64,000 bases of DNA, from contig OZ336880.1 of assembly GCA_965287045.1 (NCBI GenBank), positions 64,294,001-64,358,000 of the forward strand, in the 5' to 3' direction. Each line of letters opens with the position of its first letter. The stretch's first letter is position 1. The notes beneath the pieces are model-generated. The model did no database searches, had not been told where the DNA came from, and was given only the letters and a program-made list of their open reading frames with translations. The position numbers and the translations under genes are program-made. Below, piece by piece: positions 35,435 through 47,068 of this stretch. Source of the stretch: Carcharhinus amblyrhynchos (lineage: Eukaryota).

Positions 35435-36358
35435 CTAGTTTAAAGTCCCCCCGGTAGCCTTAGCCAGTCTTCCCGCCAAGATACTAGTCCCCCTGGTATT
35501 TAAGTGCCACCCGTCCCTACTATAGAGGTCCCACCTACCCCTAAAGAGGTCCCAGTGATCTAGGAACCGAAATCCCTGCCCTCTACACCAGTCCCTCAGC
35601 CACGCATTCACCCTCCACCTCATTTCATTTCTTCCCTTATTCTCCCTTGGCACAGGCAGCAATCCTGAGATTACTACCTTCGCTTTTCTCTTCCTCAGCT
35701 GCCTACCCAGTTCCCTATAGTCCTTTTTCACAAGTGCCTCCCTCTTCTTACCTACATCAGTAGTACCTATATGTACTACTACCTCCGGTTCCTCACCCTC
35801 CCCTTTCAGGATGTCTGGGACCCGCCCAGAGACATCCTGGATCCCAGCCCCAGGGAGACAAACCACCATCCGCGACTCCCTTCTACGTCCACAAAAACGC
35901 CTGTCTGCGCCCCTCACTGTGGAGTCCCCTATTAATACTACCTTTCTGCTTCCCTTTTTGATTTTTTGGCTCACTGGCTCAGCTCCAGAGAGCTGGCCAT
36001 CGCTTCCTCCCTCAGATGAGCTGTCCCCCCCAGTAGTACTCAGGCCAGAGTACTTATTTTGAAGGGGGACATCCACCGGAGTGCTCCCCATCACCCGTGT
36101 TTTCCCCTTCCTAATGGTAACCCAAGTGCCCTCATCCCGTTGCCCTGGTGTGACTACCTGCTGGTAGCTCCTTTCTATAACGTCCTCACTCTCCCTAACT
36201 AGCCGAAGGTCCTCGAGCTGCATTTGCAGCTCCTTAACCTGGTTTCGTAGGGCCTGCAACTCCACACACCGAGCACAGGTGTGGATGTCTGGCAGGCCAG
36301 GAGCCTCCAAGACCTCCCACATGTTGCATTGGCAACAACATACAGGTCTCACACTCAT
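35435..36358 (-). CDS. CR1 ORF1: Cys-rich zinc finger / leucine zipper + SGNH (GDSL-like) esterase (307 aa)
   Basis: CxxC...CxxC followed by heptad LQALRNQVKELQMQLEDL; esterase blocks IGDS, PGA, HIGTTD, DGWH. Esterase-bearing ORF1 is established for CR1-clade elements. Confidence 0.92.
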   Translation of the reverse strand: MSVRPVCCCQCNMWEVLEAPGLPDIHTCARCVELQALRNQVKELQMQLEDLRLVRESEDVIERSYQQVVTPGQRDEGTWVTIRKGKTRVMGSTPVDVPLQNKYSGLSTTGGDSSSEGGSDGQLSGAEPVSQKIKKGSRKVVLIGDSTVRGADRRFCGRRRESRMVVCLPGAGIQDVSGRVPDILKGEGEEPEVVVHIGTTDVGKKREALVKKDYRELGRQLRKRKAKVVISGLLPVPRENKGRNEMRWRVNAWLRDWCRGQGFRFLDHWDLFRGRWDLYSRDGWHLNTRGTSILAGRLAKATGGTLN

Positions 36359-36539
36359 ATTTACCCCTTATAGCAACCCAAAGGAAAAAAGGAAAAAAAA
36401 ACTTACAACTTACCTTATCTCTTTGGCCCTGTGAGCCAAAGCACTTACAGCACACACAAATACAAAAGCAGTCTTACCAGCTCTCAGACAGAGCCCCTCT
36501 CTCTCTCTCTCTTTTTTTTTAGGTTAGGGGAGGGGGGAG

Positions 36540-36665
36540 GGCTGGGATACTCTACCCGTGTAGAGTATCGGGAAACCCCTCCGGTCTAATTTATAGTCGG
36601 GTGAAAAAAAAACGCGACCCGAGTGCCCTCGCAACTACTTCCGGGGTCAAACCGGGGTCAAACTT
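36540..36665 (-). promoter_or_regulatory. Candidate internal promoter of the CR1: DR5 + ETS + TATA
   Basis: GGGTCA-aaccg-GGGTCA at 36644-36660; ACTTCCGG (CCGGAAGT on minus) at 36637-36644; TATAAA on minus at 36595-36590; locally CpG-rich. Confidence 0.5.
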
Positions 36666-39420
36666 AAAAAAAAAAAATCAAAAAAAACCCACTAAAAAAT
36701 AAAGTTAGTTTCTAAAAGAAAAAGTCACTTTTACTCACCCACAGCTCTCCACTCTCAAATCGCAGCCTCTCTTCAATGCTCCCACGGAACAATGAGGAAA
36801 GTTTCACACAACATTTACGAGTTCTTTAATTTTAAAATATTGCACTGATTGTTTGGGAAAATGACATTCAGACATCTGGTAAATTTTAATAATCCATATA
36901 TTTGACATCAAGTCAGTGCAAACAACTTAAGGATCCTCTTTGTACTTCTGTGCAATATTAATAACTTGTACATTCTCTTTATTCTTACATAACATGACTT
37001 GTTAAATTATATTCTTCCCCATGTACATAGAGTGATTCTTGCAATCCTGACATGAAAGGTTGACAAGGACTCAGATCTGATCTGGTTATGCTGTCATGGA
37101 AACAAGATAACCTTTCAATGTCATGCAGAAGGTACAGAAATGTGATCTTGATTAATCAAGAAGCTATGTTGTGCAGATTTAGAATTGCCCTTGAATTAAG
37201 GTGAGAGTATTAGACAGAAGAGAAGAGCCATATAATTAACTTAAGTTAACACTGTCTGCTGGTTTAGTAACCCACATATTTTAGGAATTTCTCTTAATTT
37301 CAAAGGGAATGGAGAGTGTCTTTGACCCGGAGAGAGAATTTTAAAATGACTATTCAGGATTGTATCCTTTTTTTAACCTCTTAATTGACTATAATCTACT
37401 ACTAGCAATATGCTGAAATTAAAGTTGTTGTTCTATCTTATTTCACTAATGATTTAGTGAAAAGATATAACAGCAGCTATAATTAAATAATTCTATTGCC
37501 AATTATGAAAATGTGCTCTAGTCATAGCAGCAACATTCCAAATAAGCAACTGATGCTATCGAGCCATTGAATGACAGTGGAGGTTCTTTGCTCTCAGTCC
37601 TGATTGTCAGCACCTTTTTGTCTCTAACTGTAATAAACAAAGTCTAATTTTACAATGTGAGTTTTAAATTTTTGGTCCAAGAAGAGTTCAGTCTCTTTAG
37701 TCAGATCATACAGGGGGACACATAACGTCGTAAAGTCAGGAATGAAGTATTACTGGAGGTGATGAATCATAAATGAGGTGTACAGAATGGTTAAAGTGAA
37801 GTTGAAGTAAATTTCAAAACCAAGAGAATGGTAAGTATCAAAATCAGAGCATTTCATGAGATGCTGTAAAACACCGAGAAGAGGAATGCTGGTAGATGCA
37901 TAAAGAGGCAAATATTCAAATTAATGAGAAGGTATCTCGTGGATTGTAATAAAAAAGTTATCAGCATCATAAAATTTGTGCATTACGATTATTGTGAAAA
38001 TAAATCTGAATAAGTGGCATGGAATGGCAAAATTAGTGCAGAAAATCAATAAATCTAGTTTTTATCTTCAGTTTTAAATTTCTGATTGGATGTTGAGCAG
38101 AACTGAGACAATTTCTCTGACAGAATGATAGAATGGGATGGAATTCAGTTCTGCTGCGACTCTAGTTTTCTGATTAGGTGGCAATAGGAAGCGCTTCCAT
38201 ATTATGTCAATGGGGGCTTGTTTCAGGGCGTTAGTCCAGGAATTCTGCTTTTTAGGTGCCCATGAGCCTCAGTGAAACTAATATCAGCTGAAAGTTGATG
38301 TAAAATCCATAGAAGCTAGTAAAAAGGTCCCAAAACATTTACCAATGAAGATTATCAAAGCTAAAAAAGTTCAAGATTGTTACCTGTGTGTATTGCAATA
38401 AAGTATTTGAATTTAAATACTCCAAGCTCACCTCAGAATTCATAACAATGAGAAACCTTACAAATGTTCGCAATGTTACTAAGCCAATCCAATCAAGGCC
38501 AGCTTTATTACCTTCTCCAGATTACCTTCTCCAGAAGGGTCATATGCACTTTGAGAACAGAATAACCAAAAAAACTCATTCTTCACGTCCTAATTCAGCC
38601 TCCAGTCCAGCAAGGCATTCTGGGGAGGGGCTGCTGAGTGTGGATGGCAGTGGGTGTGGGACAGACAGAACTGGCATGATGTCACAACTTACAAACAATT
38701 CATTAGGCTAGGCCGAGCTAATGCCAAGGTCCCTTTTTTCTGCTCTTGTGTTGACAGAATGAACCCCAGAAACCTCATTCTGTAGATCTTATCTCAAAGA
38801 TTGTTTGGCAGCTTTTTTTATTTGTAAGTATATATGCACTCAAGGGTTCTGATGTTCTCATGAGAAGCAGCATATGTAAGCAATTGTTGACCAGGATCTC
38901 ACAGTCTGCAGCACTTTATTTTCTGCACAATAGTAAGTAAATAACAATTCATTTCACCTCTTATTCATAATTTAAGAGATATTTCAATGATCGCAGCCAT
39001 TTGGAAAAGGAGACAGAAAAGCATGCAAACAAAACACAAGGTCACTTTTTATTATTATATATTAGCATTTTAATGCTCATTACATTTGTACTCCTTAGTA
39101 CCATATCTTAAAGCCACCACTCACCTGTTTATTTTTTACATGCATTAATGTTTCAGGTCAATAGTATAACACTGATTTATTGAAATTGAGAATTGAAATT
39201 TTGAGTTTAATATTGCAAACTTGGCACAATTCTTTTTAATGTATGTGCAGTAACCTAAACTTAACTCTTTGCCTTCAACACATTTATTACTGGACCAATA
39301 CTGAGCTTCACCATCATCTATAATTCTAGTTAATGTTTAATTATTACAAAACCAGATTACTAGAGAAGTCTTCATTAAAATCTATATCTTACGTTAAGTA
39401 AATATTTTAATCTCTAATCT

Positions 39421-39752
39421 GTGGCACGGTGGCACAGTTGTTAGCACTGCTGCCTCACAGCACCTGGGACACGGGTTCAATTCTGTTCTCAGGTTACTAT
39501 CTGTGTGGCATTTGTACATTCTCCCTGCGTGTTTTTTCCTCCGGATACTCCTGTTTCCTCCCACAGTCTAAAGATGTGCAGGTTAGTTTGGGATTGGCCA
39601 CGCTAAATTGCCCCTTAGTTTCCCAGGATAGGTTAAGGGAATTGGTGGGGTAAATAACAATGTGGGGTTACACGGATAGAGCCTGTGTAAGATGGTCTGT
39701 CAGAGAGCTGACTCTATGGGCCAAATGGCCTCCTTCTGCACTGTAGGGAATC
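39421..39752 (+). mobile_element. HE1-like SINE, tail A, full length
   Basis: gtggcacggtggcacagt.gttagcactgctgcctcacag...ggcctccttctgcactgtaggga. Confidence 0.9.
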
Positions 39753-40084
39753 AAATAATTTTGTTTAGTAAGTATTTTTTTCATTTTATGACTATTTCAT
39801 TTTTCCACTTATTAGTTATGTTTAGCTTGAGTTTCATCTGGTCATCATTTTGCTTGACTTCACCCTTTTCATTTCAATTTTAAAAGCATAGTTGGCTTTT
39901 ACTCTTTCTTGCTATTGCCGATTACATGTTTGCCATTGGCATGTCACTTCTCTTTCCTTCATCTTTCATGCCATGTATCTTTCTTATGATGTTTCTCATG
40001 TTCAAAATGTCTGAAAGTTTCTCCAGTCTGCCCCCCCTCCACTGCACCAACATTTACAAACTTGTATTACTGACGGCTCCATCG

Positions 40085-40335
40085 ATTCTAAATCTGAGGA
40101 TTGTGAATTCAAGACCCAACCCACAATTAGAGCACAAAAATCAAGGCTGCCACTCTAGTACAGCACTGAAGGAATATGCTGCACTGTCAGAAGTGCTGCC
40201 TTTTTAAAATTTATTCGTATCACAAGCAGGCTTGGATGGACTAAGTCCTTCTTTCAGGTGGATGTAAAATGATCTCATGGCAGTGTGTGAAAAGCAGGGG
40301 AATTATCTCTGTCGTCTTGGCTAATATTTTTTCCA
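40085..40335 (+). mobile_element. Deu-domain SINE (SacSINE/AmnSINE-like) remnant
   Basis: cagcactgaagga.t.tgctgcactgtcagaagtgc...caggtggatgtaaaa.gatc.catggca...agcagggga matches my recollection of the Deu domain; related to 56810-56945. Confidence 0.65.
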
Positions 40336-41804
40336 GGCTATATTAAACACATAGATTGACGGTTTTATATTAGTACTAGTATAGGCAATACTTCAATTTA
40401 CTAGGCTGTCACCAATTTAAGAAAGCATTTTTGTATGTGGTGGCAAGGAGGCAAAGAACCAATTACATTGAAGTATTCACATAATTTAATATTATAAGAA
40501 CTTAATATCCATTATCTGTTTATTTAAATTTTCAGGTAGTGAAATAAGACTATTTTTTTCTGCTCTTCTTATTTACTCTCTGTTGTGTTTCCCATTGCTA
40601 CAATTTTACAATATACGTTGGTGGTGAAAACCCAGGAAATTCAGGATTTCACGTCTTTAATTTGGCTCTTCTCTGTCTCTTTTTTCTCTATTTTGGCTTC
40701 TGTCATAATCCAATAAAAAATGCATCATTTTCTTTTTCAAAATATTTGTTAAGTACATGGGGTTTTTTTACATTATGAAGAAAATGGACAATTTACAAAC
40801 ATAAAATAGCTTTTCAGAGTCAATGAGAGTGTTTAGTAATAATTCTGAAGTTAGTACCATTAAAAAAACTGTTATACCTCATTTAAGAAAGGTGCAACTT
40901 TTTGCAAGGTGTTTTTTTTTAAAGTGAGATTAAGAGTGTAGAAATTGAAGTTTTGGCTAAGCCATGATTGCAATGGAGTCTGCAACCTTTGGAGAACTCT
41001 ACAGTGCACCCTAGGGAGTAGCATAGATTTACTGGCACTAACTTCATGATTTCCACATTCCTTTGTGAGTATGCTGATTCCTGAAGCTGCTGTCAGCTTT
41101 AGTGGAATTATGATAGAAAACACAGACAGTTTTCTTGTTATTACAATAACAAGCAACAAGATTCAGCAAGATGCATTCCAAATCAGAGCTGCATGTGCTG
41201 TTAAAACATGAATTCTTTTATATTCCTTGTAGACTTCTTCTACTGATGTATGTATTTGGTAGCTTTAAACAGACAAAACGCCCAATGCAATTTTCAATAA
41301 ATTACATTCCTCATATTCTTAGTAAGTAAGAAGCGTAGCATGAACAGTCAACTTCACCGGTATTACATATTTTAGCTTTTCGATTAATAATTCACTCAGC
41401 CATGTAGAATGCGATGTTCACCAACTAAAAGTAATTCACTTTGTAACATAACCACTTCAATAAGCTGGGCATCTTCTCATGAAAAGGATATCATCTGACA
41501 TCAGTTGTGGTTTCATTTAACTCCTGTTCTTTGTTTGAGATGTTGATATATAAATTTAATTCAATGCTCATGAATAGTTTTTAGTGCTTTGAAGAATGAC
41601 ATGTTCCATGTAATGGTTTGCAAACCACGCTCAGCAATGACCATTGATCATTTTATGTGAGTCACAACAAATGGCTGGATGTCATAAGAGGTTGTTTGCT
41701 TTCCGACATGACCACCATGTTTCACAAGTGTGTTATTCCCTGGCTTTAGTGGTATAACTTTGAATTTCATATTTTGCTCTTTCTTTTGATCCTTCATTCT
41801 GGAT

Positions 41805-42197
41805 TGTGTCGCTGAGTAGAGGCTGATTGCCAAGTTCTGCACATGAGGACGGCCTCAACTGGGATCTTGGGTTTATGTCACACTATCTGTAGTCCCCACG
41901 ACTTGCCTGAACTTGCAAAATCTCAATAACTGTCCTGGCTGGAGACAAACCACATCTCTTTAATTTGTGCTTAACCCTTTCAGCACTCACATTGTCTGTA
42001 CCTTTAAGACTTGATTACCTGTAAAGACTCGCATTCCAACCATTATTTTTTAAATTAAGTTTGTGTCTTTATATGCCCTGTTTGTTAATAGAACTCCTAC
42101 TTACCTTATAAAGGGGCAGCACTCTAAAAGCTAGTGGCTTTTGCTACCAAATAAACCTGTTGCACTTTAACCTGGTGTTGTGAGACTTCGTACGGTG
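41805..42197 (+). mobile_element. Penelope-like element 3' end (GIY-YIG C-terminus + pseudo-LTR)
   Basis: VAE*RLIAKF..HEDGLNWDLGFMSHYL* then pseudo-LTR with decayed hammerhead (cttataaaggggcagcactctaaaagctagtg) and aaataaacctgttg.actttaacctggtgttgtgagac. Confidence 0.8.
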
Positions 42198-43265
42198 AGT
42201 GATAAACAGTGTTCAATGAGTTGAACTTGGAATATGGTAGTTACTTGTTGGCAGCCTCAACTTCAGTAGCTTTGGACAGTAAATGTGATAACAGTCTTGC
42301 TAACTCCAGCAGCTCTGACAACTTTATCTTTATTGAGTGCTTTGCAGTGTAGTTAACTAGAGAGACAACCTTTGATTGCGTGTTGTGATTCTTGCTTAAC
42401 ATTACCAAAGACACAGTTGATTGCTAGTTGCCTCAGTCCTGTGCAATATTTATCAATTGCCCTGTTTGCTTTTTGCTTAATTTGTCAGACAATAATTGTT
42501 CTGGTATATTGAATTTTCTTGGGTGTGTGATAGGTTATAAGAACATTTTTCACAGAGTCATAGTCATTTTCATCTTGCACAGGCATGGGTGTCTCAAGGA
42601 TATCTTTAAATTCTTCACCTTAATAGCGCTGAAGTAATTCCTTTTATCTTTTGTTATCTGTGGTGGTAAAACCTCTCATTATGCCTTTGAAACATCGCAG
42701 CCACTTTTTCTAATGTGGAAATACATGATGATGGCTCCAAATGCACATCAAAACATGGTAGATTGGATATAAACAAAATGACCTTCATCAGCAGTGCAAT
42801 GATAGTGCATAATCGAAGATCATGATCAAGGATCCAAGACTGCACTCCTTTCAAAGAATAACTTCTCTGTAATGATGAAAAATGATGTTTTTTCTTTGGA
42901 TGATTACTTCGGCAAGGCCAGCTTGTGTGTGTACACTGCAAAGCTGTCTTGTTGCTAATTCTAAGCTGGAGTGCTTTTTGTGTGTCTAACAACGGGCTAC
43001 AACTTCAAGTTGTTCTCTAAATCTCTAACTCAAAATGCTGCTGACAGAAAGTAGGCAAATTCCTTCCAAAGGTTTCATATCTGAAAGCAAGGTTTCTTAT
43101 TTTTCATCCTTTTTGTCACCACTGGAAAGAAACAGTAAAATTCAGCAAAATGCATTCAGAATCAGAACTGCATATGCTGTCACATGGATTATTTTATCCT
43201 CCTTCTAGATTCTCTACTGATATATGTGTAAGGCAGCCTTAAATGAATAAAATGCGCAATGCAAC

Positions 43266-44153
43266 ATGTGGGAGGTCTTGGAGGCTCCTGGTCTGCCAGA
43301 CATCCACACCTGTGCTCGGTGTGTGGAGCTGCAGGCCCTACGAAACCAGGTTAAGGAGCTGCAATTGCAGCTTGAGGACCTTCGGCTCATTCGGGAGAGT
43401 GAGGAGGTTATAGATAGGAGCTACCAGCAAGTAGTCACACCAGGGCAACGGGATGAGGGCACTTGGGTAAATATTAGGAAGGGGAAACCACGGGTGATGG
43501 AGAGCACGCCGGTGGATGTCCCCCTTCAAAATAAGTACTCCGGCCTGAGTACTACTAGGGGGGACAGCTCATCTGAGGGAGGAAGCGGTGGCCAGGTCTC
43601 TGGAGCTGAGCCAGTGAGTCAAAAAATCAAAAAAGAGAGCAGAAAGGTAGTGTTAATAGGGGACTCCACAGTGAGGGGGGTGGACAGGCGTTTTTGTGGA
43701 CGTAGACGGGAGTCGCGGATGGTGGTTTGTCTCCCTGGGGCTGGGATTCGGGATGTCTCTGGGCGTGTCCCAGACATCCTGAAAGGAGAGGGTGAGGAAC
43801 CAGAGGTTGTAGTACATATAGGTACTACTGACATAGGCAAGAAGAGGGAGGCACTCGTGAAAAGGGACTATAGAGAACTGGGTAGACAACTGAGGAAGAG
43901 AAAAGCGAAGGTAGTAATCTCAGGATTGCTGCCTGTGCCACGGGAGAATGAGGGAAGAAATGAAATGAGGTGGAGGCTGAATGCGTGGCTGAGGGACTGG
44001 TGTAGAGGGCAGGGATTTTGGTTCCTAGATCACTGGGACCTCTTTAGGGGTAGGTGGGACCTGTACAGCAAGGATGGGTGGCACTTAAATCCCAGGGGGA
44101 CTAATATCTTGGCGGGAAGACTGGCTAAGGCTACCGGGGGGACTTTAAACTAG
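43266..44153 (+). pseudogene. CR1 ORF1 (esterase), lacking promoter and first residues
   Basis: 295-aa ORF nearly identical to residues 13-307 of ORF 35435-36358. Confidence 0.9.
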
Positions 44154-44158
44154 AAAGG

Positions 44159-47068
44159 ATGGGGGGAGGGAATTGCGATGGGGAAACTGGGACGGAGGAG
44201 GTTAGCTCCCAGGTAGGGGAGGACCGCAGGCAGTATGGGAGGGAGGTTAGACAGGGGGTGGAGAAGGGAAATGCCCAGACTGAGGGGCTGAAGTGTATAT
44301 ATTTTAATGCAAGGAGTGTAGTGAATAAGGTAGATGAGCTTAGGGCGTGGATTGCTGCTTGGGATTGTGATGTGGTGGCCATTACGGAGACTTGGATGTC
44401 TCAGGGACAGGACTGGGTACTTCAGGTGCCAGGTTTCAGATGCTTCAGGAAGGACAGGGAGGATGGCAGAAGAGGTGGTGGAGTGGCACTGTTGATCAGG
44501 GACAGTGTCATGGCTGCAGAGAAAGAGGATGCCGTGGAGGGACTATCTACAGAGTCTCTGTGGGTGGAAGTTACAAACAGCAAAGGGTCGAAAACTTTGC
44601 TGGGTGTATTCTATAGGCCGCCCAATAGTGACAGGGAAGTTGAAGTGCAGATAGGGAAACAGATTCTGGAGAGATGTATTAATAACAGCGTTGTCGTGAT
44701 GGGAGATTTCAATTTCCCAAACATCGACTGGAATATCCCTAGGGTAAGGGGTTTGGATGGGGAGGAGTTTGTTAGGTGTGTTCAGGAAGGTTTCCTGACA
44801 CAGTATGTGGATAAGCCTACGAGGGGAGAGGCTGTACTTGACCTGGTACTGGCGAATGAACCAGGGCAGGTGATGGATCTCTCGGTAGGAGAGCATCTTG
44901 GGAATGGTGACCATAATTCTATCTCCTTCACAATTGCATTGGAACGAGATAGGTTCAGGCAGGCTAGGAAGGTGTTTGTCTGGAGTAAGGGAAGATACGA
45001 AGAAGTCAGGAAGTTACTTGGACAAATAAACTGGAAGGAGGCGTTCTTAGGGAAAAGTACCGAAGGAAGGTGACGGATATTCAAGGAATGTGTGTCTGGA
45101 GCTCTGATTGCCAACGTTCCGATGAGACAAGGGGGTTTTGGTAGGTCGCGGGAACCGTGGTGCACAAAGGCTGTGTTGAACCTAGTCAGGAGGAAAGGGA
45201 AGGTGTACAAAAGGTTCAGGGAACTAGGAGATGTTAAGGATCTTGAGGAGTATAAGGACTGTAGAAAGGAGCTTAAAAGGGAAATTAGGAGAGCCAGAAG
45301 GGGTCATGAGAAGACCTTGGCGGGTAAGATTAAGGAGAATCCCAAGGCCTTCTATAAATATGTGAAAGGTAAAAGGATGAGAAGAGAAGGGATAGGACCT
45401 ATAAAAGGTGAAGGGGGAAAGGTCTGTGTGGAATCGGAAGAAATGGCAGAGGTGCTCAATGAGTACTTTGCCTCAGTATTCACGGTGGAAGCTGATCTGG
45501 GAGATTTTGCTACGGATTTGCAGCAGATGGAAAAGATTGAGTTTGTGGATATTAAGGTGGAGGATGTGTTAGAACTTTTGAATTCTATCAAGATAGATAA
45601 GTTGCCGGGACCAGATGGGATATACCCCAGGATACTGTGGGAGGCGAGGGAAGTGATTGCAGAGCCCCTGGCGATGATCTTTGCGTCGTCAATGGAGACG
45701 GGAGAGGTTCCGGAAGATTGGAGGATTGCGGATGTAGTCCCTATTTTCAAGAAAGGGAACAGAGATAGCCCGGGAACTTACCGACCGGTGAGTCTGACCT
45801 CAGTGGTTGGTAAGCTGATGGAGAGGCTTCTGAGGGACAAGATCTACAAGCATTTGGAGAGGTCTGACATGATCAGGAATAGTCAGCATGGATTTGTCAA
45901 GGGCAGGTCGTGCCTTACAAGCCTAGTTGAGTTCTTCGATAATGTGACTGAACACATTGACGAAGGAAGTGCCGTGGACGTGGTGTACATGGACTTCAGC
46001 AAGGCGTTTGATAAGGCCCCCCATGCAAGACTTCTTGAGAAGGTGAGAGGGCATGGGATCCAAGGGCCTTTGGCCCTGTGGATCCAGAACTGGCTTGCCT
46101 GCAGAAGGCAGAGAGTGGTTGTGGATGGGTCTTTTTCTGAATGGAGGTCAGTCACCAGTGGAGTGCCCCAGGGATCTGTTCTAGGACCCTTGCTGTTTGT
46201 CATTTTCATAAATGACCTGGATGAGGAAGTGGAGGGATGGGTAAGTAAGTTCGCTGATGACACGAAGGTCGGTGGTGTTGTGGATGGTCTGGAAGGATGT
46301 CAGAAGTTGCAGCAGGACATAAATAGGATGCAGGACTGGGCGGAGAAGTGGCAGATGGACTTCAACGCGGATAAATGCGTAGTCGTCCATTTTGGCAGAA
46401 CCAACGGGATGAACGAGTACACTATCAAGGGCAGGAGTCTTAGTAGTGTTGAAGACCAGAAGGATCTTGGGGTCCGGGTCCACAGGACTCTTAAATCGGC
46501 CTCGCAGGTGGAAGAGGTGGTCAAGAAGGCGTATGGTGTACTGGCCTTCATTAATCAAGGGATTGAGCTTAGGAGTCGGGAGGTAATGCTGCAACTTTAT
46601 AAGACCCTTGTCAGGCCTCATTTGGAGTACTGTGCGCAGTTCTGGTCGCCTCACTATAGGAAAGACGTAGAAGCTATTGAAAGGGTACAGAGGAGATTTA
46701 CAAGGATGTTGCCTGGACTGGGAGGCATGCCTTATGAAGTTAGGTTGAGGGAGCTGGGTCTCTTTTCCCTGGAGAGATGAAGGTTGAGAGGTGACCTGAT
46801 AGAGGTTTATAAAATGTTGAGAGGAATGGATAGGGTGGATTCTCAGAGGCTATTTCCCCGGGTTGAAATGGTCGCTACGAGAGGACACAGGTTTAAGGTG
46901 CGGGGAGGAAAGTACAGAAGTGATGTTAGGGGTAAGTTTTTCACTCAGAGGGTGGTGAGTGAGTGGAATCGGCTGCCATCAGTGGTGGTGGCGGCGAACT
47001 CGCTGGGGTCTTTTAAAAGACTTCTGGATGAGTATATGGGGTTTTGTGGGATTGGGGGTTATAGATAG
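44159..47068 (+). pseudogene. CR1 ORF2 with two in-frame stops
   Basis: TGA at 45071-45073 (W in sister copy) and 46778-46780 (R, CGA>TGA); frame otherwise preserved; same 2910-nt span as the intact copy. Confidence 0.95.

Larger units (their letters stand above)
32433..36785 (-). mobile_element. Full-length CR1-clade LINE (HER1-like)
   Basis: ~430-bp 5' UTR, ORF1, 5-nt spacer, ORF2, short 3' UTR with stem-loop and (TTCTATG)n tail. 5' boundary approximate; no clear TSD. Confidence 0.95.

Noticed and set aside
32934-35457. Antisense ORFs (108-168 aa) recurring in both CR1 copies
   Set aside because: Shadow frames of ORF2; recurrence follows from the copies' high identity and no domain is recognisable.
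36541-36577. Plus-strand CUG...GAAAC around the hairpin as a hammerhead
   Set aside because: Core reads CUGGGAU, not CUGANGA, and it is antisense to the element.
41215-41253. Possible 15-nt microexon (ttccttgtAG|acttcttctactgat|GTATGT)
   Set aside because: The paralogous copy at ~43210 lacks the donor, the region may be an antisense LINE remnant, and no host gene is evident.
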